From NCBI GenBank assembly GCA_903921205.1, contig CAIXPF010000020.1:18775-82774 (forward strand): DNA of 64,000 nucleotides. Reading direction: 5' to 3'. Position 1 is the first letter of the stretch. Every line of letters begins with the position of its first letter. Shown here piece by piece: positions 45,834-55,317 of the stretch. Made by a program: the position numbers and the translations under genes. This stretch comes from an uncultured Acidimicrobiia bacterium. GTDB lineage: Bacteria > Actinomycetota > Acidimicrobiia > Acidimicrobiales > CAIXPF01. The notes below the pieces were generated by a model. The model did not search any database and was not told the DNA's origin. It saw nothing but the letters and a program-made list of their open reading frames with translations.

Positions 45834-47006
45834 ATGCGTGAAGCCGTCATCGTCTCCTACGCCCGAACCGGGTTGGCCAAGTCCGCCCGTGGCGGGTTCA
45901 ACATGACCCCTGCCATGTCCATGGCGGCGCATGCCATCAAGCACGCCGTGGCGAAGTCCGGTGTCGAGCCCGAAGCCGTCGAGGACCTCTACCTCGGCAA
46001 CGGTGCCCACGGCTCGGGCAACCTCGGTCGCCTCGCCGGTCTGCTCGCCGGCCTGCCCATCACCACCGGCGGCTCGACCATCCAGCGCCACTGCTCGTCG
46101 GGCCTCAACGCCATCGCCCTCGCCGCCAACTACATCAAGCAGGACGGCGCCGATGTCGTCGTCGCCGGTGGTGTCGAGTCGATCTCGATGCCCAACCCCG
46201 GCATGGGCGGCTCGGCCAACATGGATCCGGCGCTGACCGACATGTACCCCGCCATCTACATGGCCATGATCGAGACCGCCGACATCGTGGCTCAGCGCTA
46301 CAACGTGTCGCGCGAATACCAGGACGAGTACTCCCTCCAGTCCCAGCAGCGCATGGGCCGGGCCCAGGCCAACGGCCTGTTCGAGGACGAGATCGTCCCC
46401 ATGGCCACCAAGATGAAGGTCGTCAACCGCGAGACCAAGGAAGAGACGATGGTCGATGCGGTGGTCGACCGCGACGACTGCAACCGTCCCGAGACCACGC
46501 TCGAGGGCCTCGCCAAGCTGCAGCCGGTCCGCGGTGAGGGCAACTTCATCACCGCCGGCAACGCCAGCCAGCTCTCCGACGGTGCTGCGGCGGTCGTCAT
46601 GATGTCGGCGGAGGAGGCGGCCCGCCGCAACCTCGAGCCGATGGGGGCCTTCAAGGGCTGGGCCGTGGCCGGCTGCGAGCCCGACGAGATGGGCATCGGG
46701 CCGATCTACGCGGTGCCGAAGCTGCTCAAGCGCCACGGCCTCACCGTCGACGACATCGACATCTGGGAGCTGAACGAGGCCTTCGCAAGCCAGTGCCTCT
46801 ACAGCCGTGACACCCTCGGGATCGACCCCGAGAAGTACAACGTCAACGGTGGCTCGATCGCCATCGGGCACCCCTTCGGCATGACCGGCACCCGTTGCGC
46901 CGGCCACATCCTGCAGGAAGGCAAGCGCCGCGGTGCCAAGTGGGGCGTCGTCACGATGTGCATCGGTGGCGGTCAGGGCGCGGCCGGCCTGCTCGAGATC
47001 TACTGA
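45834..47006 (+). CDS. Acetyl-CoA C-acyltransferase (thiolase II-like)
   Basis: 390 aa. Active-site context HCSSGLNA, NEAFASQ, and GHPFGMTG...CIGGGQG. Confidence 0.9.
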   Translation: MREAVIVSYARTGLAKSARGGFNMTPAMSMAAHAIKHAVAKSGVEPEAVEDLYLGNGAHGSGNLGRLAGLLAGLPITTGGSTIQRHCSSGLNAIALAANYIKQDGADVVVAGGVESISMPNPGMGGSANMDPALTDMYPAIYMAMIETADIVAQRYNVSREYQDEYSLQSQQRMGRAQANGLFEDEIVPMATKMKVVNRETKEETMVDAVVDRDDCNRPETTLEGLAKLQPVRGEGNFITAGNASQLSDGAAAVVMMSAEEAARRNLEPMGAFKGWAVAGCEPDEMGIGPIYAVPKLLKRHGLTVDDIDIWELNEAFASQCLYSRDTLGIDPEKYNVNGGSIAIGHPFGMTGTRCAGHILQEGKRRGAKWGVVTMCIGGGQGAAGLLEIY

Positions 47007-47045
47007 GCGCGGCGAGCCGTCTCGGCTCCTGAACCGTACTGACCG

Positions 47046-47071
47046 TGGCCGCACCCCGCCGGGTGCGGCCA
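47046..47071 (+). terminator. Hairpin terminator after the thiolase gene
   Basis: TGGCCGCACCC (47046-47056), a CGCC loop, then GGGTGCGGCCA (47061-47071): a perfect 11-bp stem. Confidence 0.5.
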
Positions 47072-47267
47072 TCGTCGCGTCCGGGCTCGTCCATGGGGGT
47101 CTGGCCTCACACGGTCGTGCAGTCGGGTGCAGGGCCGCCGTCGGACGGTTGTCGTGTCGTGAGCCGATCGCCTCGGCCTGCTCGCGCACTGAGGCACGCC
47201 GATGGCCGGGCCGAACCAATAGCCTTCGGGCAGTCGGCCGGTGCCGGCCGGTGGAGGAGGCGTGGCC

Positions 47268-48101
47268 ATGGCAACCCTGGTGGTCGGTGTCGACGGTTCG
47301 GCGGAGTCCCTGGCCGCCCTGTCCTGGGCGGTATCGCTGGCCGGTGCGGAGGCAACGGTGGTTGCCGTGGAGGTGGTTCCCGGTGATGTCGCCACACCGC
47401 TGTGGGCCGAGGCAGCCCGCTCCGCCGGTGCCGGCGAGGTCCGGCAGACGGCCGGGGACGAGGTGTCCAGCGGTCTGTTGAGCGTGGCCGACGAACTGCA
47501 TGCGGACGGTGTGGTCGTCGGGGCGCACCGCGGCGAGGGCGGCGGCACGCGCTCGCTGGGTCGGGCCACCGCCCACCTGGTGCGTCATGCGACGCGACCG
47601 GTTCTGGTGCACCGCACGGCGTCCGGACGATCTGACGAGGACGACGGGCCGGCAACCGTGGCCGTCGGGGTCGGGGACGGGGCGGCCACCGAGGCTGCGC
47701 TGCGCTGGGCGGCGACGCAGGCCGTCGCCCGGGGTCTGCACCTGCGGCTGGTTCGCGCCGTGGGCCGTCCCTCCTTGCGGCGGCCCGACAGCGTGTTCGA
47801 CCTGCTGGCCCGCACCATCGATCCGGCAGCGCCCCGGCAACTCGCCGAGTCCGATCTTTCAGCGCTCGCCGCCGAGTTGCGCCGGGAGAGCGGCGGCGCA
47901 CTCAGCGTCGACTGGGAGGCCGATACCGGGGGTGCCGCAGCGGGCCTGGTGCGGGCGACGGCCGACGCGGATCTCTTGGTGGTGGGTCGTCATGCCGGGC
48001 GGCTGACCGAACGGCTGGTGTCGCCGTCGCTGCACCATGTGCTCACGCACGCCAACTGCCCGGTCGTCGTGGTCCCCGCCGCGGTGACCGATGCCGGCTG
48101 A
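47268..48101 (+). CDS. Tandem-domain universal stress protein
   Basis: Track ORF 47241-48101 trimmed to ATG 47268 with SD GGAGGAGG. It has two Usp-like halves (LVVGVDGS... and ...LLVVGRHAG...ANCPVVVV). Confidence 0.75.
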   Translation: MATLVVGVDGSAESLAALSWAVSLAGAEATVVAVEVVPGDVATPLWAEAARSAGAGEVRQTAGDEVSSGLLSVADELHADGVVVGAHRGEGGGTRSLGRATAHLVRHATRPVLVHRTASGRSDEDDGPATVAVGVGDGAATEAALRWAATQAVARGLHLRLVRAVGRPSLRRPDSVFDLLARTIDPAAPRQLAESDLSALAAELRRESGGALSVDWEADTGGAAAGLVRATADADLLVVGRHAGRLTERLVSPSLHHVLTHANCPVVVVPAAVTDAG

Positions 48102-50610
48102 GCCGGCGGCACCGGGCGACGACCGCACGGGGCCGGCGACCACGCCCGGCGGCGTGGTTGGGCCGGGCCCACCGGGCCCACCGGGCCCGCTCGGTGGCGA
48201 GGGTGGTCTCGCGGGGCTCGATGAGGCAGCGGTGTCGGCGCGTCGGAGCGAGGGCCGCGCCAACGTGCAGCCCTCCCGTACCACCCGTCGGTACCGCGAC
48301 ATCGTCAAGGCCAACGTGGCAACCCGTTTCACCGCGATCATCGCGGTGCTCGCCCTGGTGGTGCTGCTGGTAGGCGATCCGCTCGACGCGATCTTCGCCT
48401 TCGTGCTCGCGTTCAACATCACCGTAGGCATGGTCCAGGAGATCCGGGCGAAACGGTCGCTCGACCGGTTGCAGGTGCTCACCACGCCGACCGTCCGGGT
48501 GCGTCGGGCAGGCATCGAGCGGGACATCGCCCCTGCCGAGGTCGTCCTCGACGACGTGGTTCTTCTCGGCGCCGGAGACCAGGTGCCGGTGGACGCCCGG
48601 GTTTCGCAGGCGGACGGGCTCGAGGTGGACGAGTCGTCGCTCACCGGTGAATCGGACCCGGTGCCCAAGCTCGCCGGTGACGAGGTCCTGTCGGGCAGTG
48701 CCGTGGTGGCCGGTACCGCGGTCGTGGTGGCCGTCCGGGTGGGCGAGCAGGCGTCGGTACACCGGTTGGTGGCCCAGGCCCGGCAGTTCGTGCTCACCCG
48801 GTCGGAACTCCGGGAGGGCATCGACCGGATCCTGCAGGCCATCAGCTGGATGCTGCCCGCCGTCGCTGCGCTGCTGCTGTGGAGCCAACTGCGGGCCGAC
48901 CGCAGCGTGGCCGACGGCCTGGTGAGCGCGGTGGCCGGGGTGGTGGGCCTGGTGCCGCAGGGCCTGGTGCTGCTGGTGAGCCTGGCCATGGCTGTCGCCA
49001 TCGGGCGGCTGGCCCGCGATCACGTGGTGGTCCAGGAACTCGCGGCGGTCGAGGGCTTGGCCCGGGTCGACGTGCTGTGCGTGGACAAGACCGGCACCCT
49101 GACCACCGGCGAGCTGGCGGTGGAGTCGATCGAGGCCCTTGAAGCCTGGCCGGCACGGGAGTCGGCACGGGAGCCGGCAGCGCAGCCGGCACCGGTGGCG
49201 GCACCGGTGGCGGCACCGGACGAGCTGGCCCTCGGGTTGGCTGCGTTGGTCGGCACCGAGTCCAACCCCAATGCCACCCTGGCGATCCTGTCGCGCCACC
49301 TGCCGACGGCGCCGTCCTGGCCGGTGAGCGGTCGGGTGGCGTTCTCATCGGCCCGGAAGTGGAGCGCAACCTCATTCGGTGACCGCGGTACCTGGCTCAT
49401 CGGGGCGCCAGAAGTCCTGCTCGATGCCGTGGGCACCAACGCTTCCCCGACGGTCCGGAAGCGGGTATCGGCGTTGGCGGCCGAGGCCAAGCGGGTGCTG
49501 CTGGTCGGCTGGTCGCCGCACCCGCTGGGTACCGGCACGGAGCTACCGGCGGCGGTTCACCCGGTCGGGCTGGTGGTGCTCTCCGAACAGGCACGCGGCG
49601 ACGCCGCCACGACCATGGCCTACTTCGCCCGCCAGCACGTGACGGTCAAGGTGATCTCCGGGGACAACCCCCGGACGGTCTCCGCAGTCGCAGTCGGGCT
49701 CGGTGTGCCCGGGGCCGAGGCCTACGTCGACCTGCGCGAGGTGCAGGGTCCGCTCGCCGAGCTCGCCGAGCGGACCACCGTGTTCGGTCGGGTGCTGCCC
49801 GAGCAGAAGCGCGAGCTGGTTGAAGCACTGCAGCAGGCCGGCCATGTGGTGGCGATGACCGGCGACGGTGTCAACGACATCCCGGCACTCAAACGGGCCG
49901 ATATCGGCATCGCAATGGACACCGCAACGCCGGCCACCAAGGCGGTGGCGCAGCTGGTGCTGCTCGACGGCCGCTTCGACCACCTTCCCCGGGTCGTGGC
50001 AGAGGGCCGCCGGGTCATCGCCAACATGGAACGGGTCTCGGCTCTGTTCCTGACCAAGACGGTCTATGCGACCGTGTTCGCCCTGGTGGTGGGGTTGTCC
50101 GGGGCGGTGTTCCCGTTCCTGCCCCGCCATCTCAGCCTGGTCTCGGAGTTGACGGTGGGCATTCCCGCCTTCGTGCTGAGCTTCCGCTCGATCGAACGTC
50201 CGGTGGAGGCGGGCTATCTCGGGCGGGTCCTGCGCTTCGCCGTTCCCGCCGGTCTGGGTGCTGCCTCGGTGACCCTGCTGACCTACTGGCTGAGCCGTCC
50301 GGGCTGGTTCGACAGCGGGCTCGGCCCGGCCCGCAGTGCCTCGACGTTCGCCCTCGGGGTGATGTCGCTGTGGATCCTCTACCGGCTGGTGCGTCCACTC
50401 GACCGCTTCGAGGCGGTGCTCATCGGGACGCTGCTCGCCGTGCTGGTCCTGGCCTACGTCCTGCCCGTCACCCGGAGCCTGTACGCCCTCGAGCTGCCCT
50501 CGCCGGCGTATGGGCTGGCGACGGGCCTGGTCGTGGTGGGTGGCATCGTGCTGCTGCAGGTGGTGTTCGGCCTCGGCGACCGGCTGGTGCGCCGTCGCAG
50601 AACGAGCTGA
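48091..50610 (+). CDS. Cation-transporting P-type ATPase (P2-like, HAD-IC)
   Basis: 839 aa. Motifs TGES, CVDKTGTLT and MTGDGVNDIPALKRADIGIAM, with C-terminal TM helices. The start overlaps the usp gene by 11 nt. Confidence 0.85.
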   Translation: MPAEPAAPGDDRTGPATTPGGVVGPGPPGPPGPLGGEGGLAGLDEAAVSARRSEGRANVQPSRTTRRYRDIVKANVATRFTAIIAVLALVVLLVGDPLDAIFAFVLAFNITVGMVQEIRAKRSLDRLQVLTTPTVRVRRAGIERDIAPAEVVLDDVVLLGAGDQVPVDARVSQADGLEVDESSLTGESDPVPKLAGDEVLSGSAVVAGTAVVVAVRVGEQASVHRLVAQARQFVLTRSELREGIDRILQAISWMLPAVAALLLWSQLRADRSVADGLVSAVAGVVGLVPQGLVLLVSLAMAVAIGRLARDHVVVQELAAVEGLARVDVLCVDKTGTLTTGELAVESIEALEAWPARESAREPAAQPAPVAAPVAAPDELALGLAALVGTESNPNATLAILSRHLPTAPSWPVSGRVAFSSARKWSATSFGDRGTWLIGAPEVLLDAVGTNASPTVRKRVSALAAEAKRVLLVGWSPHPLGTGTELPAAVHPVGLVVLSEQARGDAATTMAYFARQHVTVKVISGDNPRTVSAVAVGLGVPGAEAYVDLREVQGPLAELAERTTVFGRVLPEQKRELVEALQQAGHVVAMTGDGVNDIPALKRADIGIAMDTATPATKAVAQLVLLDGRFDHLPRVVAEGRRVIANMERVSALFLTKTVYATVFALVVGLSGAVFPFLPRHLSLVSELTVGIPAFVLSFRSIERPVEAGYLGRVLRFAVPAGLGAASVTLLTYWLSRPGWFDSGLGPARSASTFALGVMSLWILYRLVRPLDRFEAVLIGTLLAVLVLAYVLPVTRSLYALELPSPAYGLATGLVVVGGIVLLQVVFGLGDRLVRRRRTS
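48165..48191 (+). repeat. In-frame 9-bp tandem repeat (about 3 copies)
   Basis: GGGCCCACC GGGCCCACC GGGCCCGCT, encoding GPGPPGPPGP in the ATPase N-terminal tail. Confidence 0.75.
49151..49222 (+). repeat. In-frame degenerate 12-nt tandem repeat (6 units)
   Basis: The units CGGCACGGGAGT / CGGCACGGGAGC / CGGCAGCGCAGC / CGGCACCGGTGG / CGGCACCGGTGG / CGGCACCGGACG encode ARES AREP AAQP APVA APVA APDE. They begin about 15 codons after DKTGTLT. Confidence 0.8.
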
Positions 50611-50615
50611 CCCCG

Positions 50616-50649
50616 GGGCGCGGCCACGGCCGTTGCCGGGGCCGCGCCC
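50616..50649. terminator. Hairpin between convergent genes (possible bidirectional terminator)
   Basis: GGGCGCGGCC (50616-50625) pairs with GGCCGCGCCC (50640-50649). An inner CGGC/GCCG pairing sits in the loop. Confidence 0.4.
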
Positions 50650-50655
50650 GACCGG

Positions 50656-51429
50656 TCAACGGGTGCGTGCCGCGACGTTCGGGAACTGGCCGGTCGTGGC
50701 GGTCACCCCGCCGTCCACCGGCAGGGCGACGCCGGTGATGAACGAGGCGTCGGGCGAGAGCAGGAACGACACGGCCGCAGCGAGCTCGGAGGACTCGCCC
50801 CAACGGGCCATCGGGACGATGTTGCGCATGGTCTGGTCGACGTCGCTGCGGTTGCGCATCGGCTCGGTCATGCCGGTCTTGGTCGGCCCAGGGCACACTG
50901 CGTTGACCCGGATGCCCTCGTGGGCGACGTCGAGGGCGACGGCCTTGGCCAGGTTGATCACCGCCGCCTTGGACGCGTTGTAGGTCCACAGGCCGGGATC
51001 GGCGCCGATGCCCGAGGTCGAACCGGTGACGACGATCGCCCCACCGGACACCTTGCGCAGCGCCGGCAGCGCAGCCCGCATCCCCAGTGCCACGGCCCGG
51101 ACGTTGACGTCCATGACCTTGTCGAACATCGACATCGGAGCTCGGTCGATGGCACCGAACCCGGCGACGCCGGCGTTGAGGAACACCCCGTGCAACGCCC
51201 CGAAGTGCTCCTCGGCCGCGCTGACCATGGCCTCGTTCGTGGCCTCGGTCGTGACGTCACCCGCGACGGCGACCACGCCGTCGACCGTGTCGGTCCAGCG
51301 CAGGCCCTCCTCCGTGAGATCGACGGCGACGACCATGGCCCCATCGGCGACCAACCGCTCCACCGTGGCCCGGCCGATGCCCGACGCGGCGCCGGTGACG
51401 GCGTACACCCTGCCCTTGTTGCTGCTCAT
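50656..51429 (-). CDS. Short-chain dehydrogenase/reductase (SDR)
   Basis: Track ORF 50656-51573 trimmed to ATG 51429. Motifs TGAASGIG, NAG and YNASKAAV. Confidence 0.85.
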   Translation of the reverse strand: MSSNKGRVYAVTGAASGIGRATVERLVADGAMVVAVDLTEEGLRWTDTVDGVVAVAGDVTTEATNEAMVSAAEEHFGALHGVFLNAGVAGFGAIDRAPMSMFDKVMDVNVRAVALGMRAALPALRKVSGGAIVVTGSTSGIGADPGLWTYNASKAAVINLAKAVALDVAHEGIRVNAVCPGPTKTGMTEPMRNRSDVDQTMRNIVPMARWGESSELAAAVSFLLSPDASFITGVALPVDGGVTATTGQFPNVAARTR

Positions 51430-51490
51430 GGCCCAGACCGTAGTGGCTGCGCCGGGCCGGCTCGTCACCCCCGCCCGGCAGCCACCGGGG

Positions 51491-52681
51491 TCAGAGCAGG
51501 CCCTTGCGGCTCCGGCTCCACGGGATGTCACGGTCGACGCGGGGTTCGGCAGGCATGCCGAGCACGCGCTCACCGAGGATGTTGCGCTGGATCTCGTCCG
51601 TACCGCCGCGGATCGACATCGACGGCGAGGTCAGGTACGTCATGCTGTGCTCGTTGTCGGTCAGCATGCCGTCGGGGCCGAGCGAGTCGAGCGCGATGGT
51701 GGCCCGGTCGCGGTACTGGCGGGTGGCGCGCAGCTTGGCACCGGAACCGGCAGGGCCGGGCTGACGCGAGGCGGCGGCACGGCTGTTGGTCCACGAGGCG
51801 GCCTGATCGAAGGCGTAGGCGTTCATGGCCCGCTGCCGCCAGATCGGGTCGTCGAAGGGACCGTCCGGCAACAGGGCGGCCAGCCAGGTCGGAGCCGTCG
51901 GGGCACCGCCCCGCTGCTTCTTGGCCCCGCCACCGCCGCCGCCTCCGCCGGCGGAGGCCCGCTCGTGGGCCAGGACCGTCACGGCGACGTTCCAGCCGGT
52001 GCCCAGCTCGCCGATCCTCCAGCTGTCGGGGATCCGGGCGCCGGACACGAACACCTCGGAGAAATGCTTGTCCCCGTTCATCTGCACCAACGGACGGACC
52101 TCGACGGCAGGGTCGTCCATCCGGATGGCGAACATCGTGAGGCCGTTGTGCTTGGGAACCTCGGTGTCGGTGCGGGCCAGGACCAGACCCCAGGTGGCCC
52201 ACATGCCCCGGCTGGTCCACACCTTCTGGCCGTCGAGGGTCCATTCGTCGCCGTCGCGTTCGGCCTTCATGGCGACGTTGGCGAGGTCGGAGCCGGCCTC
52301 CGGTTCGGAGAACATCTGGCACCAGATCTCCGAGCCGTTGGCGATCGACGGCATCCACTGGCGCTGCTGCTCCGTGGTGCCGTGCGCGAGCAGCGTGGGG
52401 CCGACCATGGCCAGACCGACGGCGTAGACGTACAGGTCAGGAACGGCGAACTCGCGCTGGATGCGCTTGATGGCCCGTCCGTCCTCGCCCGATGCGCCGC
52501 GGCCACCGAGCTCGGCCGGCCAGGACGGGACGGCCCAGCCGTCCGCCGCCGCAGCTTGGAGGTAGCGCCGCCCCGACTCGAGGTCGTCGCTGCCCACACC
52601 CATCGTGGCAGCCCGTACGCCCGGCTTCCGGCGCTCGAGGAACGCCTCCATACCGGACCGAATGTCGTCGTCGCTCAACAC
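51491..52681 (-). CDS. Acyl-CoA dehydrogenase family protein
   Basis: 396 aa. Motifs FSEPEAGSDLA, GQKVWTS and RGGTDEIQRNILGERVLG. It contains an internal Gly8 insertion. Confidence 0.85.
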   Translation of the reverse strand: MLSDDDIRSGMEAFLERRKPGVRAATMGVGSDDLESGRRYLQAAAADGWAVPSWPAELGGRGASGEDGRAIKRIQREFAVPDLYVYAVGLAMVGPTLLAHGTTEQQRQWMPSIANGSEIWCQMFSEPEAGSDLANVAMKAERDGDEWTLDGQKVWTSRGMWATWGLVLARTDTEVPKHNGLTMFAIRMDDPAVEVRPLVQMNGDKHFSEVFVSGARIPDSWRIGELGTGWNVAVTVLAHERASAGGGGGGGGAKKQRGGAPTAPTWLAALLPDGPFDDPIWRQRAMNAYAFDQAASWTNSRAAASRQPGPAGSGAKLRATRQYRDRATIALDSLGPDGMLTDNEHSMTYLTSPSMSIRGGTDEIQRNILGERVLGMPAEPRVDRDIPWSRSRKGLL

Positions 52682-52758
52682 GGCTGCACGCTAGCGGACG
52701 CCGTGCCGCCGGGGCGGCTCGGTGAGCGGGCCACAGTCGTTCGGGCTACCGTGCGCGC

Positions 52759-55188
52759 ATGCTGTCGAGGTTTCGCGTGGTGGACATGACCGACGAGCGC
52801 GGCCAGCTGGCCGGCTACCTGCTCGCCGCGCTCGGTGCCGAGGTGATCGCCGTGGAGCCGCCGGGTGGTAGCGACAGCCGCCGTCGAGCCCCGTTCGGAC
52901 CCGACGGGTCCTCGCTCGCCCACGCTGCGGCGAACCGGGGCAAGCGCTCGGTCGTGGTCGACCCGGCAGATGTCGTCGACCGGGCGGTGCTCGACCGGCT
53001 GCTCGCCGGGGCCGACGTGGTGCTGCTGAGCGGCACGCCGGGTGAACTCGCGGCGTCGGACGTGTCGCCCGGAGCCCTGGCCACCGAGCATCCCCAGCTG
53101 GTGGTGGTGGCGATCAGCCCGTACGGCCAGCACGGGCCCAAGGCCGACTGGGCGGCCACCGATCTCACCGTGTGGGCCGCCGGCGGTCCGCTGGCCCTCT
53201 CCGGTGCTCCAGACCGGGCTCCGGTGCGGGTGAGCGTGGCCCAGTCCTTCGGTCACGCCTCGGCCACCGCAGCAAGTGGGGCGGTGCTGGCCCTGCTGGA
53301 ACGTGAGCAGTCCGGCCTCGGTCAGGTGCTCGACGTCTCTGCGCAGTTGTCCGCCATGCCGTTCACCCAGTCGGGGGTGCTCAGTGCCGCCGTCGGGGCG
53401 GAGCTGTTGTCGCGATCAGGCGGGGGCATCAAGAGCGGCGAGGTCTTCCTCCGCTTCGTGTACCCCGCAAGGGACGGGCATGTGTCGATCACGCTGGTGT
53501 TCGGCGCCGCCGTCGGTCCGTCCACCGCCCGGTTCATGCAATACCTCGGCGAGCAGGGTTGGCTCGAGCCGGCCGAGGTCGACCGGGACTGGATCGGCTA
53601 TCACATCGCCCTCGCCGAGGGTCGCGAGCCGCTCGCCGGGTTCGAGGCCCTCAAGGATCGGGTTGCCGCCTTCACCGCCAGCCGTACCAAGGACGAACTG
53701 TTCGCGCTGGCCCGTGAGCAGCGCTTTCTCATCGCCCCGGTGGCCACCACGGCCGACGTGCTGGCCTCCGAGCAGTTCGCCGCCCGAGGGTTCTGGCAGG
53801 ACATCGACGGGGTGCGCTTCCCCGGCCCGTGGGCCCGGACCGCACAACCATGGCCGACGCTCGCACCGGCACCGAATGCCGGTGCCGACACGGCGACGGT
53901 GGTCGCGGAGCCCGCCCGGTCGCCGTCGGTCCGTCCGGCGACGGGGGCGAGCGGGGTGTCCGCCGGGGGATCGGGCCCGGGGGTCGGCGCCCGGCGGCCG
54001 CTCGAGGGTCTCAAGGTGGTGGACTTCATGTGGGCGGTGGCGGGACCGACGCTCTCGCGGTCGTTGGCCGACGCCGGGGCGACGGTCATCCGCGTCGAGT
54101 CGTCCTCACGGGTCGACCCAGCTCGGGCGTTCCTGCCGTTCATCGACAACCAGTTCGGGGAGGAGAACTCGGCGTTGTTCCACAACCTCGGTGCGGGCAA
54201 GCAGAGCTTCACCCTCGACCTGAACCGGCCGGAGGGCCGTGAGGTGGCACTCGACCTGGTGCGCTGGGCCGATGTCGTGTGCGAGGCCTACTCGCCCAAG
54301 GCGATGCGCAGCTTCGGTCTCGACTACGAGCAGCTCCGGGCGGTGAACCCGTCGGTGGTGATGCTCTCGTCGTGCCTGTTCGGCCAGCAGGGACCGCTGG
54401 CGTCCTTCGCCGGGTACGGGAACCTCGCCGGCGCCATGACCGGCTTCTACAACCTCACCGGTTGGCCTGACGGCGACCCCGAAGGCCCCTTCGGGGCATT
54501 CACCGACTACGCCGCCCCGTCGGTGGCGCTCACCACGTTGCTGACCGCGGTCGACCACCAGCGCCTCACCGGGGAGGGCCAGTACCTCGACTTCTCCCAG
54601 GCCGAGGCGTCGCTGCACTTCCTGGCCTCGGCCTTGCTCGAGTACGAGGTGCACGGCCATGTCGCCGAGCGTCGGGGTAACGCCGATCTCGAGCAGTGCC
54701 CGCACGCGGTGTTCCCCGCTGCCGGGGACGACCGGTGGGTGGCGGTGGTGGCCCAGGACGATGCGGCCTGGGCGGCGCTTGCTGCGCTGGTGGGTCGGGC
54801 CGATCTCGCCGGGCTGGGTCCGACCGAACGTCTGGCGCGACGTGAGGAGCTCGAGGCCATCGTGGGAACCTGGACCTCGACGCATGCGCCGGGCGAGGTC
54901 GAGGCGGCCTGCCAGGCGGTCGGTGTGGCCGCCCACCGGGTGCAGAACGCCGACGAGCTGCTGCTGGACCCGCAGCTGTTGCACCTTGGTCACTGGCGCC
55001 GGGTGCCGCACCCCCGGCACGGCGAGACCGTGGTGGAGGGACCCCGGATGGAATTGTCGCGCACCCCGGTCGGACCGCTGGCGGCGGGTCCGCTCCTCGG
55101 TGGTCACGTGCGCAGCGTGCTCGAGGAGCTGCTCGGCTATGACCCCGCGCGGGTCGACGAGCTCGCGGCGTCGGGCCTGTTCGACTGA
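52759..55188 (+). CDS. Tandem-fused family III (CaiB/BaiF) CoA-transferase (two complete halves in one chain)
   Basis: 809 aa. Half 1 starts FRVVDMTDERGQLAGYLLAALGAEV. After a Gly/Ser/Pro/Ala-rich linker, half 2 restarts at about aa 415 (LEGLKVVDFMWAVAGPTLSRSLADAGATV, nt 54001). Confidence 0.85.
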   Translation: MLSRFRVVDMTDERGQLAGYLLAALGAEVIAVEPPGGSDSRRRAPFGPDGSSLAHAAANRGKRSVVVDPADVVDRAVLDRLLAGADVVLLSGTPGELAASDVSPGALATEHPQLVVVAISPYGQHGPKADWAATDLTVWAAGGPLALSGAPDRAPVRVSVAQSFGHASATAASGAVLALLEREQSGLGQVLDVSAQLSAMPFTQSGVLSAAVGAELLSRSGGGIKSGEVFLRFVYPARDGHVSITLVFGAAVGPSTARFMQYLGEQGWLEPAEVDRDWIGYHIALAEGREPLAGFEALKDRVAAFTASRTKDELFALAREQRFLIAPVATTADVLASEQFAARGFWQDIDGVRFPGPWARTAQPWPTLAPAPNAGADTATVVAEPARSPSVRPATGASGVSAGGSGPGVGARRPLEGLKVVDFMWAVAGPTLSRSLADAGATVIRVESSSRVDPARAFLPFIDNQFGEENSALFHNLGAGKQSFTLDLNRPEGREVALDLVRWADVVCEAYSPKAMRSFGLDYEQLRAVNPSVVMLSSCLFGQQGPLASFAGYGNLAGAMTGFYNLTGWPDGDPEGPFGAFTDYAAPSVALTTLLTAVDHQRLTGEGQYLDFSQAEASLHFLASALLEYEVHGHVAERRGNADLEQCPHAVFPAAGDDRWVAVVAQDDAAWAALAALVGRADLAGLGPTERLARREELEAIVGTWTSTHAPGEVEAACQAVGVAAHRVQNADELLLDPQLLHLGHWRRVPHPRHGETVVEGPRMELSRTPVGPLAAGPLLGGHVRSVLEELLGYDPARVDELAASGLFD

Positions 55189-55317
55189 CCCGCACCACGG
55201 GTCGGCGCTGTCGACGGGGCCGGTGGCGTCGGGCCGGTGGCGTCGGGTCGCACCCGGTGACTGCGGGCGCTACGGTCCGGTGCGACCCCGGCGCAGTCCG
55301 ATGCGCCGGTCAGGGGA

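Noticed and set aside
51900-51960. The Gly8 run in the acyl-CoA dehydrogenase, and the Gly7 run in the SCP-x thiolase near 62040-62060, as frameshift-prone pseudogene signals.
   Set aside because: Both reading frames continue with family-typical sequence on either side of the glycine runs. They appear to be tolerated loop insertions, not disruptions.
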